In this document: positions 22,995-35,766 of the stretch, in pieces
Layout of the letters: every line of letters starts with the position of its first letter
How positions within the stretch are numbered: the stretch's first letter is position 1
Source of the DNA: Craspedostauros australis
Lineage: Eukaryota
Assembly: GCA_030167865.1 (NCBI GenBank)
Contig: JALAGF010005348.1
Span: 1 to 62,477, forward strand
Direction: 5' to 3'
DNA: 62,477 nt
Notes under the pieces: model-generated
What the model was told of the DNA's origin: nothing
Seen by the model: the letters and a program-made list of their open reading frames with translations, nothing else
Databases searched by the model: none
Made by a program: the position numbers and the translations under genes

Positions 22995-24901
22995 GCTGCC
23001 GCTGCTGGTGTTGTAATGACTGCGATTGTTGCTGATGTGCTTGTTGGCTGCTTGTCTTCGTGGTTGACGGCGCTGGTTCGTATCAGTGGATTGCGATCAG
23101 CGGGTTGCGATGTTGTGATCAGATGAAAAGGAGAAGAGAGGTTGACAGAGTGATGGCGAGGCTCGTTGTATAATATGAACCAAGTCTCTGGAGTACGAGC
23201 CCTGGATGCCCAATTGACCCGTGGCACATCCCTTCTCCTTTCGGTTGGTTGCCTCCCTTGTTGCTTCTCTGCCTCCCTTCCACTTTGTGGATACCAACAA
23301 CTTCCCACGATCGTGTTGCGCATCTGTATCTTCTGTGGAATTCTTCTCGTTCCATTGTTGTGGAAGGAACAAGGAGGAACAAACTCCAAGTCAATATTCG
23401 TGACTAGAAATAGCGAATTTGATGGGATTGGAAGTTCTTCCGTCAATTTCTCTTTTTTAGTCGACTGAGTCATTCATTTGACAAAGTTAGTGAGATGCCG
23501 GATACATTTTGAATAAAAGTTATATCCAAGCATGGATACTTTTTGATCAACCCATCTTGTCTCACACACGGTGAAATGGCCAATCTTGTGCTGTCACACT
23601 GTGTGTTTGAAGCCCGCACAAGACTCGGATGGAATTTCGACTCCAATGGCGCAACCAACGTGACCATCACCACATCCAATTGCGGACAACACGACTCTTG
23701 GCCATGTTGGGATTGGATAACCGAGCCACACGCAAAACGAATGGTGCGACACACACGAAGGGCAGATGCGGCTCTGTGGATGGGAGTAGAGTGCTGTGGC
23801 TCGTATCGAATCTGCAAACCAAAGCCACCAAGGTCGAGCCCGGAACACAAGGAGTTAGTCTCCGGAGCGACAACGAAGAAGCGGAAGACAACGAAGGAGT
23901 GAACATCGCAAGCGGAGAGAAGAGTGAGAGACGGAAGCAAGACCACACTCGCACTGCACTCTCTTCATCATAGTCGTACTCATGCACACGTTGGGCAACT
24001 CGCACATCCGCAACCACCGACGAGAGGCAACGAAAAAGAGGTTCAAACAACGACGCACGTTGTGATTGATTTCAGTGTCGGAATCGTTGGTATTGGGACT
24101 CCATCCAACGTCCCATAATCATTGATTGCCAGAGAGAGGAGCCGTGCTCGACTCTTGCTCTGCACGAACTTACAGGTACTCCTGTTTGTGAGGAACAAAA
24201 ACGGCAGATCAAACAACGAGGTTGACTGTCGGAGTATAGCGAATCGCGGCAAACCAAGATCCGTGGCCGCAAAAAGCGCGCCAAAGCGGGGTCGGCCCAA
24301 AGAACGTTACGAGTGCACGAGAGCCCTCGTGTCAGTACCCTGTCGAGCTCTTTTTCGCTCCACACTCTGATCTGGTCTGTTGCTGCGCTCTTCGCGATCC
24401 AAGCAGAGCACAAGCACACACCACGAGGCCACGAGGAGGACAAGCACAGCACTTGTCACACTCGTACTCAGCGCGGCGCTCCGAGCCACCAAGGATCGCC
24501 TTCAATCGAATCAGCGCCATCAACGGTAGGATCCATTCGCAGCAGACAGCACGCACATCGGCCATCGATTTACATCCATCATCGTTGTCATCATCGTCAT
24601 CATTGTCATCATTGTCATCACCACAATCACCATCACGTTGTGTGAACCATCGACATCACCACAGATTGCGCCACAGTTGACGCCTTCCGGATTCAACATT
24701 CAGCAGTTGCGGAAGAGGCCAATCGCAAACAACGACAACAACGAGAACGATAACAACAACTGCCCGCGCATCAACCAGCTCACTATCTCCGTCTCTGTCT
24801 CTATCCATTGCATGCTCGCAGGAGAAACCATACTCACACATATAATAGGAGTACAAAGTCAAGCGCAGCCAAACAGCGCCGCGTCAGACATATAATCCAC
24901 A

Positions 24902-27900
24902 ATGGGACAGTGCCAAAGCCAACCTGGCGCGAATGCCAGCCGCAGCAGGTCTGCGGGCAAGAAGAAGAAGGCAAGCAGAAATGCAATCAAAGGCATGAAC
25001 GTGAGCCCAGGGCAACCGCAGCAGAAGCAGCAGAAGAACAAGAAATCGAAGAAGTTCAACAAGCTCTCCATCCTCACCATGTCCACGTCGAAGTCGTCCA
25101 ACGGCGACAGCCAGATGGATCTTGCATCACCTTCCGAGAACACAGCCGCAACTCACCCGCCAACACCCATGGGGCTCTCCTCGCCTCAGTCGTCTACGTC
25201 CCCCAGCTCGACTGGCCGCACTCTCGAGGCATTCAGGTCCCAGACCAGCGCCAGCAGCAACGTGGGAAGCAGCGTGGTCAGCAGCAACACGGGCAACGAC
25301 TCCGGCTACGAGTATTCGGAAGACAGCAACAGCATCGCCGCGCACAGCCACATCACGTCCAACAGCACTCTCGAAGCACTGCAAGAGGAAGATGAGGAGA
25401 CGGAGGAATGCGATGCAACCTCCGGACACCAACATCAGACCACAAACAATGACAACGCCAGCCTTGCCTTGGTGGATTTCTGCGACCTCATGGCGATGCA
25501 GCAGGGGGCACAGTCGCAGAGCGACAATCATGTCGTAAGCCGACAGCTGGTGCCGCCAGATGATGGATCGCTCGCTGCACCCAGCGATGAGGAGTCTCTG
25601 TCTGCTCAGTCCAGATACAGCAAGCACCACCCATCCTCATCGTCGGTCATGGATGCATCGGACAGCGAGGTGTCTCTCGAGCCCAACCTGAGACGCAGCA
25701 CGTTGAAGAAGACCAGAAGGAAGAAGTCCAGCAGCAAGAGCAGATCACGCAGCTCGCACAAATCCAAGCCTGGAACATCCTCCACAGTCACACCAGCGTC
25801 GTTGGCGACATCGACATCAACATCATCATCCGTTGCGATCGGATCGATACCTTCACCTCCAACAACGAAAAAGATGAGGGGGATTATCCCATCACCTGAG
25901 CGCGTCTTTGCATCCCAAACGAACGTCAAGCTTCTGCACCAGAAGATCATTCGACCATCCAGCATCATCCATCGCAAACCATCCATCAATAGATCCACTC
26001 CAGTGCGAAACGCCAATGATAGTAGCAATGGCAATATCAACAACAACAATAGCAATAGCAACGGCATGGATGCTGACATGGGACCCACACACTCATCTGA
26101 AAATCCGATTGCTCATTCCAACAACGACGGTGGCAAGGTCATGCCAGATGCGGAGGAATCGGCGGACTTGCCAAAGGAATCAGTGGATGCGCACACCCTC
26201 TCCGACTTCAACAAGCTCAAGCTGCAGGTCCAACTTGCCAAGCGAGCTGACAAGCAGAAGCGCAAGAAGGACAAGATCAAGGAACGCATGGAGGACCTGC
26301 AGGGGTACAAAGACTTGTGGGGTGACTTCGAAAAGATCGAGAATCAGGTCCGAGAATCCGACACCGAAAGCGTGGGTGGGGATGCTCAGCATCGCTCAAC
26401 CAGCGCACGACAGAGCGACAGCATGAAACTCAAGGACTCAAACAGCTGGTACTTTGACTTCTCCATGATAAGCGACAAGGACAAGCCGGCAGCCCGCACG
26501 AAGGGAGGTGATGCTCTCTCCCTGCAAGGCACGAAGGGCGGCCTCATGCTTGGCATGGGCGGCGGCGCCGCTGATGATGACGCTGACAACCGCAGCCAGT
26601 CGAATTTCTCTTTGCTTTCAGCAGCGAGCATGGAGGCGCAGAAGCGAATCTTCGAGGAGAAGCGCCGCGAACGAAGAAACCGACGCAACAGGCAATCCAA
26701 ACAGAAGCAACAGCCCAAGTGGAAGCGAAAGGACAGAATAAAGTCGGACGATGATGGATCTGTCTCGTCGAACAATACATCCACCAGCCGCCTCAGCCAC
26801 GCAAGCGCATTCAAAGGTCAGACGGAGGAGGGCGACTACGGACCCCCGCGACGAATCATGGGCAACTCGTCTGCAACCAAGGTCGCACAAGAATCCGACG
26901 AAGAGACACCGCCCCGGTACAACTACCAACGATACGATGACGTCGAAGATGATGCCAACAGCCTCATCAGCGGCTGCACATTGGATCAGGCTTTCGTGCC
27001 CGAGGGAGATTACGGCGTGGTCCGCCGTCGCAGACGCAGCGCATCGTATCAGAATCACAACGACTGGGATGACGATTCGTCCATCTCGACGCAAGACAAC
27101 AGCTGGAAGAGCCTCATTGCACGTGACATCCAGCAGACTCGTGCCATGACGTCGAAGCGCCGCTACGACACCCCCGTCGCCATGGAAATTCGGAATCTCG
27201 CGAAGCAGGCGCCTGTGCAGAAGTACGGCTTCGACCCCTCAGCACCGCTGTCGGCGCAGCTCGATGCCCTCTCCAACCGAATCGACAACTTCCAGTCTTC
27301 GGAGACTGATCAAATCAACGATACGGTCACACCGGCGTGGCATGATTATCAAAATCCGTTGCGAACGAAGCTTGGCGAGGCGAACAGTTCGGACCCAATA
27401 CAGATGACCGTCATCACGCTCGATCCCAAGAAGGGGACCTTCAACAGACTTGACGAAGCATCACAGACAACACCAACATCGTCAGCAACAGCAGCTCGAG
27501 CAGGTGCCGGTGGTTCGGCCAAGGCAACACTTGGGACTCCCGAGATCAACAAATCTCTGGACAGCGATGCGACGCCAGTCATGAAACCATCGACGTGCGT
27601 TCTGACACCACCGTCGCCTGATGCCCCCTCTTCCTCCGCCCTGTCCGCTGCAAAGCGACAGCAGATGGAAATGGAATCAGAGAACGGCGCTGGAGATTCG
27701 ATGATCGACGAGGATGTGGACGAGAATGACGTCAGTGGTTTCGGCGCCCCTCTTGGAGCCTACAATCCAAACTTGGCGATGTTGTCGAGCGACGCATTCT
27801 TGGACATGGCCGCCGTATCCGCTGCTACAACAAACACTGACGATGTCATGGATCACGGTAGCAACGACAGCGATGACGAGCCGATCGTCGATGACTTTGC

Positions 27901-28930
27901 AGAGCGACTGGCAGCAGTGAAGAAGCGGTACAGCTCTGGCCATGATTTGTCAGTTGCAGCAGCAAATCGTCCAAAGCCAAAACCGCAGGGTGCAGGCAAG
28001 TACGACCCCAAGCTCACAATGTTGTCCACGGAGCAGTTTCTGTGGATTGCCAGCGGTCCCAGCGCGAATTTGATGGAATCTATCGAACGCAGCAAGGAAG
28101 CGCCGGAGCCGCCGCGCGAGTCGCATGTCCGAAATCTGTTTTTGGATGATTCGGTGGACAGCTCAGCGAAGGGGACCAACCTGCCGTCGCCGTCGCCGGA
28201 AGCCAAGTATGAAGAAGAGAAGAAGGAAGAGTCTCAAGTGGGCGTCGGCGCCACAGATGGAGTGGCGGAAGCAGAGGGAGGGGTCTCGGCGATGTCATCT
28301 GTGTCCGATGGGGACTTCTGCAACGACAGCACTGAAAGCATCCGGAGCAACGGCTTCCGCGTTCTCCATACGGGTGAGATTGTGCCATCGGACTCGCCAA
28401 TGACCGGCAAGCCCAAGCTGCAGAGTACCGATCCCTCGACGACCGTCGGCGTCATCTCCATCGGCGTCACGAATGGAGACGACCAATCTTCCGACTCGCT
28501 TTCCAACCCATCTTTGGACACATCTTTGACTCAAAGTCGCGGTGGCGAACATGAAAATGAGCATGAAAATGGAAGTGAAGAAACAGACAGCACGGATGCA
28601 GAACCACCATCTTTGTCTCTCACCACGAAGAAGAACGACGATGGTGTCGACAAGGATGGCACGAGTATGTACGTGGCGGGTTCTCGCCATTGCTTGGGCG
28701 CAGCAACAGCAATTGATGGGAAAGAAGGCGATGGTGTTGACGGTGGAATGAATGGAATCGTATCCACGACGATCAACAGCATGAGCGAGAGAGCGGGGAA
28801 AGATGATGGTGAAGGGAGCGGCATCGCCAACCATGTCACTGGCGGAGTTGAGGCGTTGCTTGACAAGTACCGCGCCACCAATGCGGATTTGGGAATAGGA
28901 GAACATTCAGAGGTGGAGGAGGAGGTCTGA
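24902..28930 (+). CDS. Hypothetical 1342-aa Ser-rich, largely disordered protein with predicted N-myristoylation/palmitoylation (MGQCQS)
   Basis: Long uninterrupted ORF with coding-like codon usage. MGxCxS N-terminus followed by a Lys-rich tract. No recognisable folded domain. Confidence 0.8.
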   Translation: MGQCQSQPGANASRSRSAGKKKKASRNAIKGMNVSPGQPQQKQQKNKKSKKFNKLSILTMSTSKSSNGDSQMDLASPSENTAATHPPTPMGLSSPQSSTSPSSTGRTLEAFRSQTSASSNVGSSVVSSNTGNDSGYEYSEDSNSIAAHSHITSNSTLEALQEEDEETEECDATSGHQHQTTNNDNASLALVDFCDLMAMQQGAQSQSDNHVVSRQLVPPDDGSLAAPSDEESLSAQSRYSKHHPSSSSVMDASDSEVSLEPNLRRSTLKKTRRKKSSSKSRSRSSHKSKPGTSSTVTPASLATSTSTSSSVAIGSIPSPPTTKKMRGIIPSPERVFASQTNVKLLHQKIIRPSSIIHRKPSINRSTPVRNANDSSNGNINNNNSNSNGMDADMGPTHSSENPIAHSNNDGGKVMPDAEESADLPKESVDAHTLSDFNKLKLQVQLAKRADKQKRKKDKIKERMEDLQGYKDLWGDFEKIENQVRESDTESVGGDAQHRSTSARQSDSMKLKDSNSWYFDFSMISDKDKPAARTKGGDALSLQGTKGGLMLGMGGGAADDDADNRSQSNFSLLSAASMEAQKRIFEEKRRERRNRRNRQSKQKQQPKWKRKDRIKSDDDGSVSSNNTSTSRLSHASAFKGQTEEGDYGPPRRIMGNSSATKVAQESDEETPPRYNYQRYDDVEDDANSLISGCTLDQAFVPEGDYGVVRRRRRSASYQNHNDWDDDSSISTQDNSWKSLIARDIQQTRAMTSKRRYDTPVAMEIRNLAKQAPVQKYGFDPSAPLSAQLDALSNRIDNFQSSETDQINDTVTPAWHDYQNPLRTKLGEANSSDPIQMTVITLDPKKGTFNRLDEASQTTPTSSATAARAGAGGSAKATLGTPEINKSLDSDATPVMKPSTCVLTPPSPDAPSSSALSAAKRQQMEMESENGAGDSMIDEDVDENDVSGFGAPLGAYNPNLAMLSSDAFLDMAAVSAATTNTDDVMDHGSNDSDDEPIVDDFAERLAAVKKRYSSGHDLSVAAANRPKPKPQGAGKYDPKLTMLSTEQFLWIASGPSANLMESIERSKEAPEPPRESHVRNLFLDDSVDSSAKGTNLPSPSPEAKYEEEKKEESQVGVGATDGVAEAEGGVSAMSSVSDGDFCNDSTESIRSNGFRVLHTGEIVPSDSPMTGKPKLQSTDPSTTVGVISIGVTNGDDQSSDSLSNPSLDTSLTQSRGGEHENEHENGSEETDSTDAEPPSLSLTTKKNDDGVDKDGTSMYVAGSRHCLGAATAIDGKEGDGVDGGMNGIVSTTINSMSERAGKDDGEGSGIANHVTGGVEALLDKYRATNADLGIGEHSEVEEEV

Positions 28931-29511
28931 GCTGAGTTTGAATGTCTGATCTGATCTACACATATGGTATTGCTTGTACATAGCAGTACCAAGTAGAGCA
29001 TGTACGTAAGATACCGTAGCAGAATATGAATGGTATGCTATTGTATTACACATCACAATTGGAGATTGAAAAGTGCCATCATCTCACATGAATGCATGCA
29101 TGAACATGAGGTATTCGATACATTGTGCATAGCCAATCTGCGAGTATGGTTTGGTAGCATAGTTCGGGATGCAAGTTACGAGCACAAATCGTACTGGTAG
29201 AATCCCTGGTCTACACTCAACACGTTCATGCCGAACGAGCATCGTGTTTGGTTTTCCGACAAAACAAGGTCTGTCCGTCATCCTGTCGTGTGCTCGAAGA
29301 ATGAAATTTTCGCGTCACCACACACAAAAAGAAGAATTTCCCCAACCGTTTCTTCTTTTGTCCACGTTTGGCATCATCTGTCAATGCCAACCCACAGTGA
29401 TGTTGAACGATGTGAGATGATGTGAGACGATGCGGGGAATCAAAGTCTGAGGTTTGATTCACCACGCTCCCACCATCGTGATCACAACCACCGACGTTCT
29501 GACAGCCTTTG

Positions 29512-30798
29512 ATGTTCCGTCCCTGCAGCACATTGCTTGCAACCTGTGTCGCGTTGTGGTCAATGCCATCGGCCGCATTTACGAATCGGGCAATCAGAGC
29601 AGCATTGACATCACGACGATTTGCGCCCACCATGGCCACGAAAGCAACAGAAGCTGCCCAGCAAGCAGCGATCGCAAAGATCGTCCCCTGCGATGCCGCA
29701 AGCCTCAAAGAATGCGGGGCGCGTTTGCGGGATGGCGAACTGGTGGCGTTCCCCACGGAAACCGTCTACGGATTGGGATGCAACGCCATGGACGCCGATG
29801 CCATCACCAAGGTCTTTGAGGCCAAGGAACGACCGTTGACCGATCCCTTGATAGTGCATGTTAACGGTCGGTCGAGTGCATTCGAATTGTGGGACACCAC
29901 GTCGCAAGCTCGATCGGCCTTGGATGCCATCTGCGATCAGTTCTGGCCAGGACCGCTGACCATCGTCGCCAAGGCCAAATCGGACGTGCCGCCCATCCTC
30001 ATGGCCAACACTGGATTCGTCGCGTGCCGCTCACCGTCGGGGGATATCGCACGGCGTCTTATCGATGCGGCTCGGGTGCCGTTGGCTGCTCCAAGTGCCA
30101 ACAAGTTCGGTCATGTGTCGCCGACCAAGGCGAGCCACGTTTGGGATGACCTGCAGAACGAAGACGTTTGGATCGTGGATTCGGATGCTGCGACTTCGCC
30201 TGAATCATCCGATGTTGTTTGCAACGTTGGGGTGGAGAGCACGGTTGCCAAGGTGGATTGTTCGTCGGAATGTGCAGGCCGTGTCGTGCTGTTGCGACAA
30301 GGTGCCGTGTCACTTCAGGACATCTCCGAGTGCCTGCAAAAGGCAGGGCTCGGGAATCAGTTCCATGTCGAGACCAAGACGCAGAAGACGATATCGGATC
30401 ATATTGCCACGGTGGCGCCAGGCCAAAGCATTCGGCACTACTCGCCGGATGTGCCAAGTTTCATCGTCGCCAAGGATCGATGTGACGATGCGTCGGAATT
30501 GTCTCAAGCCGAACGGAGCTTTCTGTCCACATCCGTAATCATTGACTTTGGTGGGATACTGAAGCGTTGGGAACCCGCCTGCGTCGCGTACAGAGACTTG
30601 AGCGCCGGTGGAGACTCTGCGCAGGCCGCCAAGGCGTTGTTTGATACTCTGCGCTGGACAGAGCGGGTGGAAGGGGCGCAGCGCGTGCTGTTCCCTGAGA
30701 TTGTGGAAGACCCGACGGCCAACGATGCGCTCGTTTTGACATTGAAGGATAAGTTGACGCGGGCTGCAAGTGGCACCAGAATAGACTCCCTGCGGTAG
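29512..30798 (+). CDS. SUA5: Threonylcarbamoyl-AMP synthase, Sua5/YwlC type (YrdC + Sua5 C-terminal domain), with probable bipartite plastid presequence
   Basis: VAFPTETVYGLG, KERPLTDPLIVH, FWPGPLT, AAPSANKFG..SPT, GVESTV and APGQ...HYSP motifs. The N-terminus TLLATCVALWSMPSAA-F resembles an ASAF cleavage site. Confidence 0.93.
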   Translation: MFRPCSTLLATCVALWSMPSAAFTNRAIRAALTSRRFAPTMATKATEAAQQAAIAKIVPCDAASLKECGARLRDGELVAFPTETVYGLGCNAMDADAITKVFEAKERPLTDPLIVHVNGRSSAFELWDTTSQARSALDAICDQFWPGPLTIVAKAKSDVPPILMANTGFVACRSPSGDIARRLIDAARVPLAAPSANKFGHVSPTKASHVWDDLQNEDVWIVDSDAATSPESSDVVCNVGVESTVAKVDCSSECAGRVVLLRQGAVSLQDISECLQKAGLGNQFHVETKTQKTISDHIATVAPGQSIRHYSPDVPSFIVAKDRCDDASELSQAERSFLSTSVIIDFGGILKRWEPACVAYRDLSAGGDSAQAAKALFDTLRWTERVEGAQRVLFPEIVEDPTANDALVLTLKDKLTRAASGTRIDSLR

Positions 30799-31265
30799 CG
30801 GCCGACCAGCAGAATATGAGGATGATGGTTGCACATATATGATGTAATCACTGAGTTATTTATTTGTTTGAGTTCAAATCACTGTCATGGATGGAGAGTG
30901 TGATAGGGCCAGCACCAAAGCAACGAATTGCTCGTCTGCAGTGCGAGTATCAAGAACTTTTTTGCTACACTCTGTGGTGCTCGTACATAACTTGAGCCCA
31001 CTCAACTCGATGAATTCAATACAAATATGAATGTAGGGTGATGTTCGTATTGCTGTGTCGCATCGCCGCAACATCTGTCTTACTGCGCTGTGTGGAGCAT
31101 GCCCACGTAGAGTACGTACGGACGTGTGGATCCACGACAACTCCGCGCCCCTTGTCCCTGCAATGATCCGTTTGCTCGTGGGGCCATCCATGAGTTCCTA
31201 TCATCCTCGTAATTTGCATGAACAGCGAGGGTGAAACCAAGAGTGGCAGCAATGCTGCCATTGCT

Positions 31266-31697
31266 CTATCCGCTCCCAGAGAATCCCAGGATCTCGCACA
31301 CCTCGGCTGGTTCGTCGCAATTGAACACATAGATGTCCGTCTTGCTGTCGCTCCCGTTGCTGGCGCTGTTTCTCCTGCAAGCCACCTTGAGGCCAGGTCC
31401 GTTCTTGGCGATGTAGCCAGTCTCCCACTTGAGGTTCTTGCGGATGCCCCATCCAGTCCATTCCAGCAATCCATCAATGTTCTCCACCACCTCGACCGAC
31501 TGAATATCCGAGCGATCCATCTCCTTCTGCGACAGGCTCATGGAGTAGCCAAAGCACAGCTTCTTGTCCGTCACCTTGACCTGATACTTCCAGAAGAAAG
31601 GCATAATTGGGAACGCGATGATGAGCACCGGCAGAAACGGAGGGGTGTATGACTCCTCGTAAAGGGCGCCGTTTTCATTGTTGGCTGTTTCCGTCAT
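31266..31697 (-). CDS. Small hypothetical protein (143 aa) with one hydrophobic segment and a WxGWGIR motif, resembling a prokaryotic PH-like membrane protein family
   Basis: Clean ATG ORF after a CAA-rich 5' region. Sequence PFLPVLIIAFPIMPFFW, then DIQSVEVV...EWTGWGIR...GYIAKNGPGLKV...YVFNCDEP. Confidence 0.7.
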   Translation of the reverse strand: MTETANNENGALYEESYTPPFLPVLIIAFPIMPFFWKYQVKVTDKKLCFGYSMSLSQKEMDRSDIQSVEVVENIDGLLEWTGWGIRKNLKWETGYIAKNGPGLKVACRRNSASNGSDSKTDIYVFNCDEPAEVCEILGFSGSG

Positions 31698-32563
31698 TGT
31701 GGCTGTTGTTGTTCCTACGCTTTGATGGTCAAGTCTTCACTGTGTCAGCACGATTATTGAGCGCAATGTCTCGTCTTGTGCATGCTCTTCTTCTCGCACT
31801 TTGTTTCGTGCTGTTTATGAGACCCCGCTTACAAATCAACGCTGTGATTGAAATCACACAACCGCCTCGAGTTTGCCTTTGGCACCTTGCTGACAGCAAC
31901 GCCTTCCGTTGAATGACAAAGTGTCTACCCCAGCGGTAGCTCTCTCGCTCCACATCCTCATCCTCATCTGCCATGGCAGTAGTAGTTGCAACATGTCTCT
32001 CTCGATGAGATCATCTCTGCTTCCTTTCGATCGTTTGTGTTGAGTTTTCTTCGCTCGTTGTTCTTGTGTTCGCTTTCGGTAGATGCACGATTGTTCTTGG
32101 AAGCGCTCCACGATTCAATCCGTGGAAAAAGTCAAGCACAAACGACCACTACGATTAAGTGTCCCATTCGTTGATAATACAGTCTGACATTCAGCCGAGA
32201 CGCATCTTTTTTCCACTCCTCCATTCTTTCACGACAACACCAACGAGTCCACATCATCTCGCCCCGTTTTCGTTTCTGCCACCAAGTCACACCGTCGCGG
32301 CCTCCAACCACCACCGCTTCTTTCGTTTGTTGCTGGCTGTTGGCTGTGTGGTTGTGTGTTGATGGATGCCTGTGTGTGCGTTTGGATCAGGACGACAAAA
32401 CCGAAGGCACAGCCGTGCTACTTCTGTTGCCTCTCCCCGATCGAGTGCAGTCGAGACAGAGCCAAATACTCTTCTCCATTCCAGAAGATACCCACACAGG
32501 ACGATTGCGAATACACCATATAGAATAGTATAGTATTCTATAATACATCAAACACACGCACCG

Positions 32564-35500
32564 ATGACATCCCTTCTCCGATACGCCAACAGGCTGTCTT
32601 CGTCCTTCGGGACGCCGATGCTGCGACGCACTGTGCTGCCATCTGCAGGCACTACATCGCCGTTCGCCGCCAACGCTTTTGCACGATGGATGAGCACGGC
32701 CAATGACGAGCAGGTGCTGCGCAACATCGGTATCAGCGCTCACATCGACAGCGGAAAGACGACGTTGACGGAACGCATTCTCTTCTACACGGGACGCATC
32801 AACTCCATCCACGACGTGCGTGGCAAGGATGGTGTGGGTGCCAAGATGGATTCCATGGACTTGGAACGTGAGAAGGGTATCACCATCCAAAGTGCTGCCA
32901 CATTTTGCAAGGTATGTTCGTTGCGTTGGGTCCGTCTGCGATTGCTGCTGCAATAGAATGGAATGGTCGGTCACAAGAGCCGATCATTGGTGATGAAGTG
33001 CTGGTGTGGAGTGGATGCCTGGATACTATCCAGTGCGATGACACACCCCATTAGTATTCGATTCCGCAGCCTCTTTGCTGCGCTGTACTGTACACCATCG
33101 AATTCGACAGATCCCCCTCCTCACATGACGTCTCATTTCATGTCATTTTGTCGCATTCAATTGTATGCATACATATGGTACTTTCTGCATTTGCATGTGC
33201 ATGTGCGGCACCATGTTGATGCTTGGCGGCTTCTCGCAGTGGAACGACAACCAAATCAACATCATCGACACGCCAGGTCACGTCGACTTCACCATCGAAG
33301 TGGAGCGTGCGTTGCGTGTGCTGGATGGCGGAATTCTGGTGCTGTGCGGCGTCTCCGGTGTTCAGTCCCAATCCTTGACCGTGGATCGTCAGATGAAGCG
33401 TTACAACGTCCCGCGCCTTGCCTTCGTCAACAAGCTGGACCGGCAGGGATCCAACCCGTTCTCGGTCATCGAGCAGTTGCGTAATCAGTTGAAGCTGAAT
33501 GCTGCCGCCGTGCAGGTTCCAATCGGTTTGGAGGGCAACCATGAGGGTGTTGTGGATCTCATCACGAAGACGGCGATATACTTTGATGGCGAGAAGGGTG
33601 AGGTGCTCCGTACCGGCGACGTTCCAGCAGATATGGAGGATATCGTGGAAGCAAAGTACGAGGAATTGATCGAGAAGCTCGCAGACTGTGACGACGAGAT
33701 TGCCGAGGTCTTCCTCATGGAGGAAACTCCTGACGAGGAGACCGTCAAGGCCGCCATCCGTCGTCAAACCATCGCGTGCTCCTTCGTGCCCGTCTTCATG
33801 GGTTCGGCATTCAAGAACAGAGGCGTGCAGCCGCTTCTGGATGGTGTCATCGACTACCTCCCGCAACCCACTGAGAAGGAGAATTACGCATTGGACAGAA
33901 GTAAGGATGAGGAACCGGTCAAAGTGTCTGCGAAGAGCGACGATAAGCTGCTGGCATTGGCATTCAAGCTGGATGAGACGCAGTACGGACAGCTCACCTA
34001 CATGAGAATCTACCAGGGCACGTTGAAGAAGGGGAACTTCGTCACCAACGTCAACACTGGCAAGAAGGTGAAGCTCGCTCGCATCGTGCGCATGCATTCC
34101 GACGAGATGGAGGAGATTGATGGAGCCGGAGCAGGTGAAGTCGTTGCCATGTTCGGCGTGGAGTGCAGTTCGATGGACACATTCTCCGATGGTGATATGA
34201 ACTTGGCCATGAGCAGCATGTTTGTGCCGGTAAGTGTGAATATTTGCGGACTGCTTGGGGGTACAGATACGTATGTGGGATGGCGACGGTGCGAATGCTG
34301 AATTTGATCTTGATGCTCAAGCATGGCATGCATGCATGCATGCATGTATGAAGCAGCGAGATTAGCACAATACGGGGATACTGGGCGAGATGGCATATCA
34401 TTGCAGAAAATGTCCGGTTTTGGCAAGTTCTAACTTGATCAATCCAACGTCTCACCCATGCGTACTCTTTCTACATATGTTGATACGGACGTGGCTGCTA
34501 CGGTATACGACTCCATTCCATGCTGCATGGACGACCATGGTTGCCCGGCGTTGTGCGGTACGGGCAATCATGTGTATTATCACCCTCGATTGCCGGATCA
34601 TTCACTCCTTGCGATTCACAGGAACCCGTGATGAGCCTTGCCGTGAAGCCAAAGCAAACCACGCAACAAGTGCAATTTGGAAAGGCATTGAACAAGTTCA
34701 CCAAGGAGGATCCAACCTTGCGTGTCAAGGTGGACGCAGAGACGAAGGAAACGAGTGAGTGCATGCGCTGTTCATGTGTATGTGCGTGCGTCATCTTCGA
34801 ATGGGAACTGCATGGAGCGACCAGTATGATCTGCACATGAGGGGAGTTGGAGCTTGAACCCTGGGCGTACTCTTGCTCTTGGCAATCCCGTTCCTCACTC
34901 ACAACTTGTCCCCGTCACTTTGTTTTGTGTTGCTGCCCTACACTGTTATAATGCATGATGAAACCGCAACTGCTATCCGCGCTCCAGTTCTGAGTGGAAT
35001 GGGCGAATTGCATCTCGAGGTTTACGTCGAGCGCATGAACAGAGAGTACGACGTGGAGGTCGTGACAGGCCAGCCCAACGTGACATACAAGGAGACCATC
35101 GGCAAGAAAGAGACCTTCGATTGGATTCACAAGAAGCAGACTGGCGGTGCCGGTCAATACGCCAGAGTGATGGGGTACATCGAACCGATGTCGGAAAGCG
35201 AGCAGAAGGAGGAGGGCAAGCCATACGCCTTCCTGAACAAGTGTGTTGGTACCAATATTCCGCCGGAGTTCTACTCCAGCTGCGAGAAGGGCTCCGAGGA
35301 TGCCATGGCGGAGGGTGCCCTCGTCGGGTGCGAAGTCGAAGGCGTCCGCGTCGTCCTGCAGGACGGTGCTAGCCACGCGGTGGACTCTTCCGACATGGCC
35401 TTTCGAACCTGCATGGCAGCCGCCGTGCGTGACACCATGAAGAGAGCCAACCCTAGCGTGATGGAACCCGTGATGCGCGTGGAGGTGGAGATCCCATCTG

Positions 35501-35766
35501 AATTCCAGGGTGGTGTCGTCGCTGCCTTGAACCGACGCATGGGCATGATTCAGAGCAGCGACGTGAACGATGACGGAAGCGGCATCAAGATCGTCTCCGA
35601 AGTCCCGCTGGCCAACATGTTCGGATACTCCACGGAGCTGCGCAGTCAGACGCAAGGCAAGGGAGAGTTCACCATGGAGTACGAACGACACACTCAGGTC
35701 GCTCGCAACACCCAGGAAGAGCTGATGAAGAAGTACCAGGAGGAGAATGCCAATGAGGCGGCCTAG
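32564..35766 (+). CDS. GFM1: Mitochondrial elongation factor G1, ~749 aa; exons 32564-32911, 33240-34229, 34622-34754, 34988-35766
   Basis: Arg-rich presequence. Motifs [75 protein letters not shown] and [12 protein letters not shown]. The exons join in frame through canonical GT-AG introns. Confidence 0.96.
34326..34346. repeat. (GCAT)n microsatellite in an EF-G intron
   Basis: gcatgcatgcatgcatgcatg. Confidence 0.8.
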
